A DNA stretch of 64,000 nucleotides from the human T2T-CHM13v2.0 reference genome, Homo sapiens. The position numbers were made by a program, and so were the translations under genes. This document shows, one piece after another, positions 41,647-53,739 of the stretch. Location: the NCBI RefSeq assembly GCF_009914755.1, contig NC_060934.1; one strand, given 5' to 3'. Numbering within the stretch: the stretch's first letter is position 1; every line of letters begins with the position of its first letter. The notes under the pieces are model-generated. The model made no database searches. It worked only from the letters and a program-made list of their open reading frames with translations, and had not been told where the DNA came from.

Positions 41647-42980
41647 CTTTGTGGATTTATCTACTTTTGGTCTTTGATGCTGGTGACCTTCGGATGGGGT
41701 TTTTGTGTGTGTGTCCCTTTTGTTGATGTTGATGCTATTCCTTTCTGTTTGTTAGTTTTCCTTCTAACTGGCCCGTCTGGTGCAGGTCTGCTGGAGTTTT
41801 CTGGAGGCCCACTCCAGACCCTGTTTGCCTGAGTATCACCAGCGGAGCCTGCAGGACAGCAAAGATTGCTGCTTGTTCCTTTCTCTGGAAGCTTTATCCC
41901 AGAGGGGCACCTGCCAGATGGCAGCTGGAGCTCTCCTGTATGAGGTGTCTGTTGACCCCTGCTGGGAGGTGTCTGCCAGTCAGGAGGCACGGGGTCAGGG
42001 ACCCACTTGAGGAGGCAGTCTGTCCCTTAGCAGAGCTCGAGGACTGTGCTGGGAGATCTGCTTCTCTTTTCAGAGCCAGAAGGCAGGAATGTTTAAGTCT
42101 GTAGAACTGTGCCCACAGCCGCTCCTTTCCCCCAGGTGCTCTGTCCCAGGGAGATGGGAGATTTATCTATAAGCCCCTGTCTGTGGCTGCTGTCTTTCTT
42201 TCAGAGATGCCCTTCCCAGAGAGGAGGAATCTAGAGAGGCATTCTGGCTACAGTGGCTTTGGTGAGCTGCTGTGGGCTCCGCCCAGTTTGAAGTTCCTGG
42301 TGGCTTTGTTTACACTGTGAAGGGAAAATTGCCTACTCAAGCCTCAGTAATGTGGATGCCCCTTCCCCCACCAAATTCCAGCGTTCCAGGTTGACTTCAG
42401 ACTGCTGTTTTGGCAGCGAGAATTTCAAGCCAGTGGATTTCAGCTTGCCAGACTCCATGGTGGTGGGATCCACTAAGCTAGACCACTTGGCTCTCTGGCT
42501 CCAGCCCAACAGTTCTGTCTCACTGGCAGTCCAGACGCCTCTGTGGTATATAAAAAAATCTCCTGCAGCTAGCTGGGTGTCTGCCCAAATGGCCACACAG
42601 CTTTGTGCTTGAAACCCAGGGCTGTGGTGGTGTAGGCACCTGAGGGATTCTCCTGGTCTGCCAGTTGCGAAGACCTTGGGGAAAGCATAGTATCTGGGCC
42701 AGAGTGCATCATTTATCATGGCACATTTATCATGGCCATTTATCATGGCTTCCCTTGGTTAGGGGAGGGGAGTTCCCTGACCCCTTGCTCTTCCCAGGTG
42801 AGGCAACGCCCCACCCTGCTCTGGCTCGCCCTCCATGGCTTGCACCCACTGTCTAACCAGTCCCAATGAGATGAGGTGGGTACCTCAGTTGGAAATGGAG
42901 AAATCCCCCACCTTCTGCTTTGATCTCAGTGGGAGCTGCAGAGGGGAGCTGTTCCTATTTGGTCATCTTGCCAACCACCC

Positions 42981-44105
42981 ACAGCTATACGTGTTTTAAA
43001 AATGGATAATAACAAGTATTGGCAAGTATGTGGAGAAATTGAAACTCTTATGCGTTGCTTCTAGGAATGTTAAACAAGGTATCCATTGTGAATAAGTAAG
43101 TTTGATGGTTTCTCAGAAAGTTAAATATAGAGTTACCATAAGACCCAGCAATTTAAGTGCTAAGTATATAACCTCCAAAATTGAAAACAGATACTTAAAC
43201 AAAAACTTGTATGTGAATGCTCACAGTAACACTATCCATAATAGTCAAAAAGTGGAAACAACCCAAATGTTCAAACTGAAAAATTGTTTTTCTTATAAAA
43301 AGGTATATACATATGGTGCTATATTGTCCAGCCAAGGATAAAGAACTGATAAAGAACTGATACATGCTAAAACATGGAGGAAACTTGAATTATGTTAGGT
43401 GAAAGAATCCAGTCACAAAATGTCACATATTTTATGATTCAATTTATATGTGTTTTTTTTTAGTTTGGGGTGCTATAACAAATTGCCATAGACTAATGGC
43501 TTAAACAAAAACTATTTAATTCTCACAGTCTTGGAGGCTGGGATTTCCAAGGTAAAGGTGTTGGCAGATCAAGTGCTTGGTGAAGGCCCACTTCTTGATT
43601 TGGATGTGGCTGTTTTTTGTTGTATCAGCATGTGGTGAAGAGCAGAAAGAACAAGCTCTTACGTATATTCTTAGAAGAGCACTAATCCTATTCATGAGGG
43701 ACCCATCTTCATGACCTCCCAAAAGCCTATCTTTTGGCATGAACTTGCCAAAGGTTCCACCTCCTAATACCATCACATCAGGGGTTAGGTTTTCAAAATA
43801 TGAAATTTGGGAATAGGGCACAAATATTCAATGCATAGTAATATTAAATATTCCAAACAGGTAAATCCATAGAAAAAGAAAGAGATTAATGTTTGCTAGA
43901 GTCTTGGAGGAGAGGGAAATAGAAAGTGACTGCTTAATCGATATGAGATTTCCTTTTGGAATGATAAAAATGCCTTAGAACTAAATAGAGGTGATCATTG
44001 CATCCTGAATGTTCTAAGTGTTTATTTCCCAAATAAATGGTTCTAAATTGTTTATTTTAAAATGCTGACATTTTTGTTGTACAGGTTTTACTTCAATTAA
44101 AATGA
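42981..44105 (+). mobile_element. L1MB 3' part (continuation of the 32430-36458 element)
   Basis: aataacaagtattggcaagtatgtggagaaattgaaactc resumes where cacccactaggatggctata stopped. L1MB 3'UTR aggtaaatccatagaaaaagaaag. Confidence 0.85.
43449..43840 (-). mobile_element. MLT1A/A0 MaLR solo LTR inside L1MB
   Basis: tgctataacaaattgccatagact...ctcacagtcttggaggctggg...cctcctaataccatcaca...attcaatgcatagta. Confidence 0.85.
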
Positions 44106-44701
44106 AACAGCATCACACTTTCTCCCAACTTGCAGGCTGTAACTTTTAATGTTAAATTAGTTTATTTCTGCATCCATTTGGGCAAAAACATTTAGAAAAG
44201 CACAAAATACTCTGCACACATCATACAATCACATATATGTGACTATATATAAAACCATTGGGTTCATATCATTTCCTTCAACCTATTCACAAAATACTTC
44301 ACTTATATAGCAGTAGATATTGATGACTCATTTACTCCAGAGTAAAAAAGTCACAGATATTCATGAATATTGTCACTTTCATATGGTTCCTCAATGTCTA
44401 CAAGATACATTTTATATACTACTTACTAAGCTCTTTAACACCTGGTCTATGTCATTCCTAGTTGTCATCAGTCTTTCACTCATTATGGCTCCGCTTCAGC
44501 CACATGCCTCCTATAGTTACCTAAATATATTCAATTGTGGGCATGCTCATGTTTCTATCTTAAATGTTTGTGACCCCTCTGAAGGCATGGGAATAGTTAC
44601 ACAGCTGTCAAGATTTGGGTCAAGCCATTGTTCCTTTGGAAGACTGTTCTATTCACATATCAGCAGAGGGGATAAACTGCTACTTATTTATGTTTACAAG
44701 T

Positions 44702-44870
44702 CATAGTTACTCAAAAGTCAGTGCCTGGAGCAGCAGCATCAGCATCATGTGAAAGCTTGTTACAAATGCAGAATCTTAGGACCCATCTCAGAGCTACCAA
44801 ACCAGATCCTGTATTTTATGAAGAATCCCAGATGTCATGTGCACATTAAAGTTCTGGAAGTACACAATGC
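44702..44870. mobile_element. MER5A/MER5A1 hAT-Charlie element within L2 fragments
   Basis: cagcagcatcagcatca...cttgttacaaatgcagaatcttaggaccc...gcacattaaagtt. Confidence 0.75.
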
Positions 44871-46059
44871 AGACCTCTAATTTTATACTCACATTTATTA
44901 CATCATTCTCTTTATTACTCTCTATGAACTGCAGACTGCTAAGCTCCTTTGAAGGTAGGAAATCTGTTTTATGCATCATTGCATCCCCACATGAACAGTT
45001 CTGGGCTCACATCCTTCCTCAGAAAATATTTTCATAATTAATAAAGAAATAAAGTGATTTCTGTAATTTCCAAAGAAGAACTTCCTTCTGCAAGTAAACC
45101 ACCAGGAGGCTTGGTTGGGAAAATCTTAGAGTCTGAGCTCACCTATCTGCAAGTTTTCCACGTCAGGATTTAAGCAGCATCATGAAGCTAATAAAGCTAA
45201 CAGAGTAATGAGAAGGAAATAACAGAAGCCAGGCGTCTTTTGCTACCCTAGAGCAGAGGATAATTTGACAGTTCAATGCCCCCTGTTTGCCAAAATACTT
45301 ACATGGCCCATTTCTCATTATGACAAGTGGCTCAGAGGGGAGGCATGTCACTTTGGGTGACAGAGGACCATGTGGGAAAGTACAGTTCAGCATGTTGCTG
45401 CTGGGCTTGGCAGACAATGAGTGACAGGAGGTGTTGGGAGGATTACCCATTCTAAGGCTCTTTTCAACTCCTCATACTGTGCTCAAGCCTGAATAAAAAC
45501 ACATCACTGGAAATGTCCTTCTGGTACTCTGGGCTAAGTTTCTTATCACCTTTTCTCCTTTTTCTGCTTTCTCCAAATATCTATCATCACAATTGAAAAG
45601 ATAGTTAAGGCACAATCCTGCCCTCAAAAAATAACCAGTGTAGTAATAAAGGTGCTTGTAGGCAAATCATGGAAACATACTTAGCTAAGTACTATGGTGG
45701 AGGTATATTCAAGGAGATAGAGAGGTGCATGTAGTTAAATAATGCTGCAAGGAAAGATGAAGGAAGATGGAGCAGAGGGAATGAGGAAGTGGAAGGTACG
45801 TGGGTAGACAGAGTCAGTATTAAGAGAGCCTTGTATAACTTACTAAGGTGTTTGGACTCTATTCTCCATGTGGTGTTTCTCATACTTTTATTATATGAAA
45901 CACAGCAAGAAATACATTTCATTTCATGACTTAATAGACATACATATAATTGAAGCAAAAGTTACATGAAATAATATTCAATCACATTAAGTATCTTAAA
46001 CTCCTGTAATTTCCATTATATTCTATTTTATGTTTTTAATACCGTACTTGTTATGATTT

Positions 46060-46525
46060 TCTCTCAGTGTCTGCTTTCAAGAGGACCTACACTGTGACAG
46101 TGAGTATCCTCATCTTGCTGTAGATCTCAGAGAAAAGCTGTGACATTTTCTCTATGATTTCTATAGATTACCTTCTTAGATTAAGAAAGTTATCTTCTGA
46201 TTAAAGTTTAGCATGGTTTTTTTAAAATAAATAAATGTTAAATTTTATAAAACTTTATTGAGGTGATAATTTTTTCTATTAATTTAATAATGTGTACATT
46301 AAATTATTTGTTTTTCTAACATCTAAAAACTTGTGTTCATGAGATAAACTTCATTTTGGCATGATATATTATCCTTTTTATGTATTTCTGGATTCAGTTT
46401 GCTACTATTTGCTTAAAACTTTTCAAAATTTATATATGGAAATTTATTTTATGTACAGTTCTATGAGTTTTGACTCATAGATGTATAGAGTTGAGTAATG
46501 TATAGAGTTGAGTAAACAAAATCAC
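46060..46525 (-). mobile_element. Old L1M fragments (ORF2 region)
   Basis: atcctcatcttg...ttaagaaagtt...ttctggattcagtttgctactattttg. Confidence 0.55.
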
Positions 46526-46529
46526 CTGT

Positions 46530-49500
46530 CAAAAAATAATAGTCAGAGGAGCGATATTAGCAACCTGGTGAAATAGGAAACTCCTTACCCTGACAATGTC
46601 CTCCAGACAATGAAATAAACATCTATTCACGATCACTTTTCTCTGAGAGAAATCAGAGACCAGTTGAGTGACTCCTACCCAATAGACAACCAAGAAAACA
46701 TTTACGTAGAAAGGGTAGTAAAAGATGAAGCACACTTGGGCACAGGCCCCCACCCCAGACATTGCTCCATAAAATCAGGAAAGGAATTCCCAATACCCGG
46801 ATTCTCCCTGTGGATAGGAGGTTTTAAGACCTCACATACAGTGCACCAGCTCTCAGGTTTTGGGGGATTGGCTCCTAATTCACCAACTCTGAGAGCAAAA
46901 GGTATTAAACATATGTGAGTCTCTCAGACCCAAATGAAAAAAGTGGCAGTTTTACATAAGCATGCAAGCACTTCCAAGGGCTGCATCCCCTAGGAACAGT
47001 ACAAGAGAGAGTACATAAAAATTCAGCCCCTTGTTTCTTCCCTGAAAAGGTTTATGACACACTTTTCCAGCGGGCACTTGGTTAGCTGGATTCTTGCATC
47101 ACAGGGTTAAAGGGCAGAAAAACATTAGCTAACCAGCAGCCCCAGAAGCAGATTGTCACTTCTCAGGCCTACTCCCTTAGCATACCAAAGTTATAACTCC
47201 AAAACTATTAATCCATCTCGGAAGAAGTTTGTCTACAAAGTGAGCACTCACACTCTTGTAGCTTCCACTGAGAAACTGTACCCTAAACCCCCTCGCTCTG
47301 GGAGCAGTGGGGACTAAGTATATGTGAGTATCTCTAGGCCACAGAAAAAAAGGGCAGTTTTTATATGGCATGTAAGCACTTTCAGGGCTTCATCTCCTAG
47401 AAGCAGTGCAAAAGGGGGTTTTAAAATGCAGCTTCTTGTTTTTCCCCAGAAGGGATTTATGCCATGCATTAAATGTCTAAATTTTTTACAGCTACTTTTC
47501 AAAGGATTCCATCCTAAACCTCTTAGCTCTTGGATCAAAAAGGACTAGGTATCCATGAATCTCCTTAGATAACAAAATAAAGAAGCAGTTTTAAGTGGAT
47601 GCATAAACACCTCCAAGGGATACACTCCCTTGAAGATGTGCAGAAAAGATGTAGAAACATGTAGCTTTCATTTTTTTTTTTTTTCTGGACAGAGCTTACT
47701 ATACACACTTTCAGTGGCTCCTTAAAAGCCTGGCTTGTAAGGAACTTGCACTGGGGGCTAACAAACAAAAAGAAAAGAAAAAAAAACCTGTCTGGCAGCC
47801 AGAGCCAGAGCTTGGGACTTTATGAACCTTCTATGTGGCCTGCCTCAGTAATAAATCCAGGTCTACTTATTCTTCCTGGAAGGAGTTTGGCCATGCAGTG
47901 ACTGTCTTACCTCTCACTCAAGGGATTATATCCTTGATAACTTAACCCTCATTGTCAATGGGAATTTGAATTCTTAAATAACGCCAGATCAAAAAATGTA
48001 AACAATTGGATGTACCATGGGCCCACTTCCAATAGCTGTTGCCCCAGTATCAGAGGGAGATGCCTGAACATGACTACAAACATGTGCCACAGATTTTTTC
48101 CCCCAGCTAAGTGCAGAGACACTGGGAGATAAACACCCATCCTAAGCTTCAAAATGAAGATAGAAGTAACTGAAATTCACATTCAACACCCCAACTGTTT
48201 TAGCTACAATAGTCTGGCATCTACCTCACTAGTCTAAGGGTAGTTACAGAATATGGCACATCCTAAGCTCCAGGGGGTCACAAAAACAGACAGCAGTCTG
48301 GACACAGATTTGAGAAGCACCATAAAATCTCTGGCTGGATGAGTTGGTGATTCTTCTCCTACACAGGCCAGTCTGACAAGACTAGGGTAGGTAGTTGTCT
48401 TATCTAATGTGCAGAAACCAACAGAGGGAGTCAAGGGAAAATACAGAAACAGGGCAAAATATTCCAAATAAAAGAAAAAGTAAGTCTTCAAAAATTTACC
48501 CAAGTAAATTGTGTATATGTGATTAACCTAACAGGAAATTCAAAATGATGTTTATAAAAATGCTCACCAATGTTAGGACAGCAATGCAAGAACAAACTGA
48601 GAATTTCAATAGTTAGAAAGTATAAAGAAGTACCAAATAGAAATCATAGAGTTGAAGAGTACTATAATTGAGTTGAAAAATTGATAGAGGGAATTCAAGA
48701 GAATCCTATCTAGATTGAGAGGAGGAAAGGATCAATGAGCTCAAAAACTTTTCTCTGAAAATCATGTGACAAAGAGCAAAAAGAAAAGCACAGTAAAAAA
48801 AATTGAGGTTTAAGAAACATATGGGATGTAATCAAACATTACAACACATGCAATATTGGTGTTCCAGAAGGAGAAGCAACAAAGAAAAAAAAACAGAAAA
48901 CATTTAAAATATAATAGTAGAAAACTTCCTAAGCCTGAAAAAGATAGTAAAAATTCAGATCCAGGAAGCCCAAAGGAGACCAAGTAAGATGAATATAAAG
49001 AAACTCACACAAAGAAATATCATAACCAAATTGTCTGCTAAAGACAGAGTTTTGAAACCAGCAAGAGTAAAGTGAGTTGTTACGCTGAAAGGAACCACCA
49101 AAAGACTATCAGTGGACTTGTTTCAGTAGAAACTACAGGTCAGAATGAAGTAGGATGATATACTCAAAATCCTGAAAAAAAAATTTTTGAACCAAGAATG
49201 TTATACCTAGCAACCCTGTCTTTCAAAAATAAATGGTGATAAAGACGCTTAGACAAACAAAATTTGACTTTGTCACCAAATTTAACATTAAAAGAAATAT
49301 TAACGGGGTTTCTTTAAGCTGAAGGAAAAAGGCACTAACTAGTAACAAAATTTATGGAAGCATAAATGTAACTCATAAAAATATGTACATTGTCAAATCC
49401 AGAATTGTAATGGTTGTAGGTAAATCATTTAAACTTCTAGTATAAAAGTTAAAAGACAAAACTATTAAAAACAAAAGTTACAATAATTTGTTAGGAATCC

Positions 49501-52500
49501 AATTTTTAAAGGCCAATTGTAACATCAAAAACACAAAGTGTGAGAGGAGGGTTAGTAAAAGTGTGGAGTTTATATATGTAATCAAAGTTAAGATGTTAGC
49601 TCAATATAGCTAGTTACAATTATAGTATATTTAATGTAAACCTCAGGGTAGCCATAAATCAAAATCCTGTAACATATACACAAAAGATAAAAAGATTCAA
49701 AGCATGTCATTACAGAAAGCCATCAAACCACAAAAGAAGAAAGGAATAGAGAAAGAAGTAAAGGATCTACAAAATAACAAGAATACAATATATAAAATGA
49801 TACTAGTAAGTCCTTTCCTATCAATAATTACTTTAAATACAAATGGATTAAATTCTCCAATAAAGCAGCATAGAGTAGCTGAATAAATTTTAGAAAAACA
49901 TGCACCTGTACAGTGCCAACATATGACTTACTTCACCTGTAAGGACATTTCATGCAGCCAAAAAACACATGAAAAAATGCTCACCATCACTGGCCATCAG
50001 AGAAATGCAAATCAAAACCACAAGGAGATATCATCTCACACCAGTTAGAATGGCAATCATTAAAAAGTCAGGAAACAACTGTTGCTGGAGAGGATGTGGA
50101 GAAATAGGGACACTTTTACTCTGTTGGTGGGACTGTAAACTAGTTCAACCATTGTGGAAGTCAGTGTGGCGATTCCTCAGGGATCTAGAACTAGAAATAC
50201 CATTTGACCCAGCCATCCCATTACTGGGTATATACCCAAAAGACTATAAATCATGCTGCTATAAAGACACATGCACACGTATGTTTATTGCGGCACTATT
50301 CACAATAGCAAAGACTTGGAACCAACCCAAATGTCCAACAATGATAGACTGGATTAAGAAAATGTGGCACATATACACCATGGAATACTATGCAGCCATA
50401 AAAAATGATGAGTTCCTGTCCTTTGTAGGGACATGGATGAAATTGGAAATCATCATTCTCAGTAAACTATCGCAAGAACAAAAAACCAAACACCGCATAT
50501 TCTCACTCATAGGTGGGAATTGAACAATGAGAACACATGGACACAGGAAGGGGAACATCACACTCTGGGGACTGTTGTGGGGTGGGGGGAGGGGGGATGG
50601 ATAGCATTGGGAGATATACCTAATGCTAGATGACGAGTTATTGGGTGCAGCGCGCCAGCATGGCACATGTATACATATGTAACTAACCTGCACATTGTGC
50701 ACATGTACCCTAAAACTTAAAGTATAATAATAATTTTTTAAAAAGTGAAGGAATGGAAAAGATATTTCATGCAAATAGAAACAAAAAGAAAGCAGTAGTT
50801 ATACTTATTTTAGACAAAATAGGCTTTAGGTCAAAAATTGTAAAAAGAGGCAAAGATGGTCATTATAGAGTGATAAAGTGGTACAGCCATTAAGAGGATG
50901 TAATAATCACAAAAATATATCCACCTAATATCAGAGCATCTAAGCATATAAAACAAATATTAAGAGACTTGAAGAGAGACATAAACTGCCACACAGTAAT
51001 AGTGAGAGATTTCAATAACCCACTTTCAACATTGAACAGATCATCCATGCAATACAATACATAGCACTAGACATGTCATTGAGATAGAAAGTCAACAAAT
51101 ATGGACTTAAATAGACTTTAGAACGTTTTGACCTAACAAATACCTACAGAATATTCTGCCTAACAACTACAGACTATACGTTCTTCTCATCAGCACATGG
51201 AACATACTTCAAGACTGACCATATGATATGTCACAAAGAAGTCTCAATAAGCTATTTAAAAATAAAAATCATATTATTTTTCTCAGACTGCAATATAACA
51301 AAAGTAGAAATCAATAACAAGAGGAACTCTGTAAATTATACAAATACATATAAATTAAACAACATGCTCCTCAACAATCTTTGGGAAAATGACAAAATTA
51401 GGATGAAATTTTAAATTGTTTAGAAAATGAATGAAAATGGAAACACAACATATTAAATCCTCTGTGATACAGCAAAAACAGTCTGAGAGGGAAGTTTATA
51501 GTGTTAAATGCCTACATCAAAAATATGGAAAGATTACACATTAATAATCTAATGTTGTACTTCAAGAAACTAGGAAAACAAGAACCAAACCAGACTCAAA
51601 TCTAGTAGAAGAACAGAAATAACAATGATCAGATCCGAACTAAATGAGATAGAAGAAAAAAGTACAATTGATCAACAAAAGAAAAGTTGGTTCCTTGAAA
51701 AAAAGAAAATTGATACACTGCTAGATAGACAGACCAAGAAAAGAAGAGAGAAGATTCAAATAAACACAGTCAGAAAAGAAAAAGGAGACATTGCAACTGA
51801 TACTATAGATATACAAAGATCATTATGGACTCCTGTTAACAACTATGTTCTCACAAGAAGAAAACCTAGAGAAAATTGGTGAATTTCTGGAAACATACAA
51901 TCTCCCAAGAGTGAAGAAGCTACAGAAATTCTGAATAGACCAATAAAAAGTAATGAGACTGCATCAGCAATATAAAATACCACCACAGCAACAACAACAA
52001 AAAGCTGAGAACTAGATGGATTCACAGATGAATTCTATCAAACACGCAGAGAAGAACTTGTACCAATCCTCCCGGAACTGTTCCAAAAAATCAAGGAGGA
52101 GATAATTCTTCCTAACTCATTCTATAAAGCCAATATCACTCTGATGCCAAACCCAGACAAGAATGTAATGCAAAAATAAAACTAATAAAGACCAATATCT
52201 GATGAACATAGATGCAAAAATCCTCAACAAAAAAACTAGGAAATCTAATACAACAGCACATCACAGAAATAGTACACCATAGTCAAGTGGGTTTCATTCA
52301 AGGGATGCAAGAATGATTCAACATATGCAAATCAATAAATGTGATTTATTGCATAAACAGAATTAGGGACAAAAACCGTATAATCATCTCAATAGATACA
52401 AAAAAAGCATTTGATAAAATTTAGCATCTCTTTATGATAAAAACCCTCAACACACTGGGTGAAGAAGGAATATACCTCAATATAATAAAGGCCATATACA

Positions 52501-53730
52501 ATAAACTCACAGACAACATTATAGTTAATGGGGAAAATTTGAAAGCATTTCCCCTGGAAATTGGAACAAGGCAAGGATACCCATTTTCACTATCTTATAA
52601 ATTAAAATAATTTCTCAGTTGCATCAAAAAGTATTTAAAAGTAAACAAAGAAAGTAAGAGATCTGTATACTAAAATCTATAAAATATTGATGAAAGAAAT
52701 TGACGATACAGAGAAATGGAAAGATATCCCATGTTCATGGATTGGAAAAATTAGTGTTGTTAAAATGTCTATACTACACAAAGTGATCTATGGACTTAAT
52801 GCAATCCGTATCACAATTTCAATTTTATTCCTCATGGAAATAGGAAAAAATCCCTAAAACTTCACAAAAGATCCCAAGTAGCCAAAAGAATTTTGAACAA
52901 AAAGAACAAAGTTGAAGGCATCATATTATCAGATTTCAAAATATATTATATGGCTATAGTACTCAAAATAGCATGGTACTGGAAAAAAACAGACACCTTA
53001 ACCAATGGAACAGGAGAGAGAGCTCAGAAATATACCCACATTTATAGTCAACTTAAATTATTTTCAATAAAGTTGCCAAGATCACATTTTGGAAAGGATT
53101 GATGCTGTGAAAACTAGATATCCACACACAGAAGCATGAAAATAGACCCTTACCTACTTTTTATACAAGAATCAACTTAAATGGATTAAAAACTTAAACC
53201 TAAGGCCGGAAACTATAAAACTACTAGAATAAAACATAGGAGAAGAGCTGCATAACATTGGTCCAGACAGAAATTTCTTGAATATGAGCTCTACCACACA
53301 GGCAATGAAAGCAATAATAGACACATGAGATTTCATCAAACTAATATATGTGGAATCTTAAAAAGTTTAACTCATGGAAGTGGGGAGTAGAATGGTGGTT
53401 TCCAGGGTCAAGATGGTAGGAGGTGGGCTGGGAAAGGGGAGACATTAGTCAATGAGTACAAGGTTACAGTTAGGAGAAATAAGTTCTCTTGTCCTATTGC
53501 AAATTATTGTGACTGAATGGTGGTCAATAATAGTGTATATTTCAAAATATTTATACAAAGGATTTTAAATGTTCTCACCAAAAACAAATGTTAAATATTT
53601 GAAGTGATGAATATGTTAATTTACTTGATTTGATCATTGTACAATGTATACATGTATCATACTATCATATTATATCCCACAAATATATACAATTATTATT
53701 TGTCAATTAAAAATAAAGTAAAACTTAGAA
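46530..53730 (+). mobile_element. Near full-length old L1MA (L1MA7/8-like 3' end) with internal deletions, split by an L1PA2-like insert
   Basis: Long 5'UTR, ORF1-like 48450-49330, ORF2 start MILVSPFLSIITLNTNGLNSPIKQHRVAE (~49797), RT region gatgaacatagatgcaaaaatcctcaac (52201), deletions at ~52595 and ~53345, and 3'UTR ending tgtcaattaaaaataaa. Confidence 0.85.
49945..50745 (+). mobile_element. Young 5'-truncated L1PA2/PA3-like insert (~0.8 kb)
   Basis: Uninterrupted 184-aa ORF2 C-terminus (49969-50523). 3'UTR gcattgggagatatacctaatgctagatgacgagtta (GAG type). Very low divergence from consensus. Confidence 0.92.
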
Positions 53731-53739
53731 ACTATAACA

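Noticed and set aside
46491-46524. 17-bp tandem duplication atgtatagagttgagta (also an 11-bp duplication at ~43337-43362)
   Set aside because: Ordinary slippage duplications inside decayed L1; no sign of function.
49969-50523. 184-aa intact ORF as a gene
   Set aside because: It is the C-terminus of L1 ORF2 in a 5'-truncated young L1, with no promoter.
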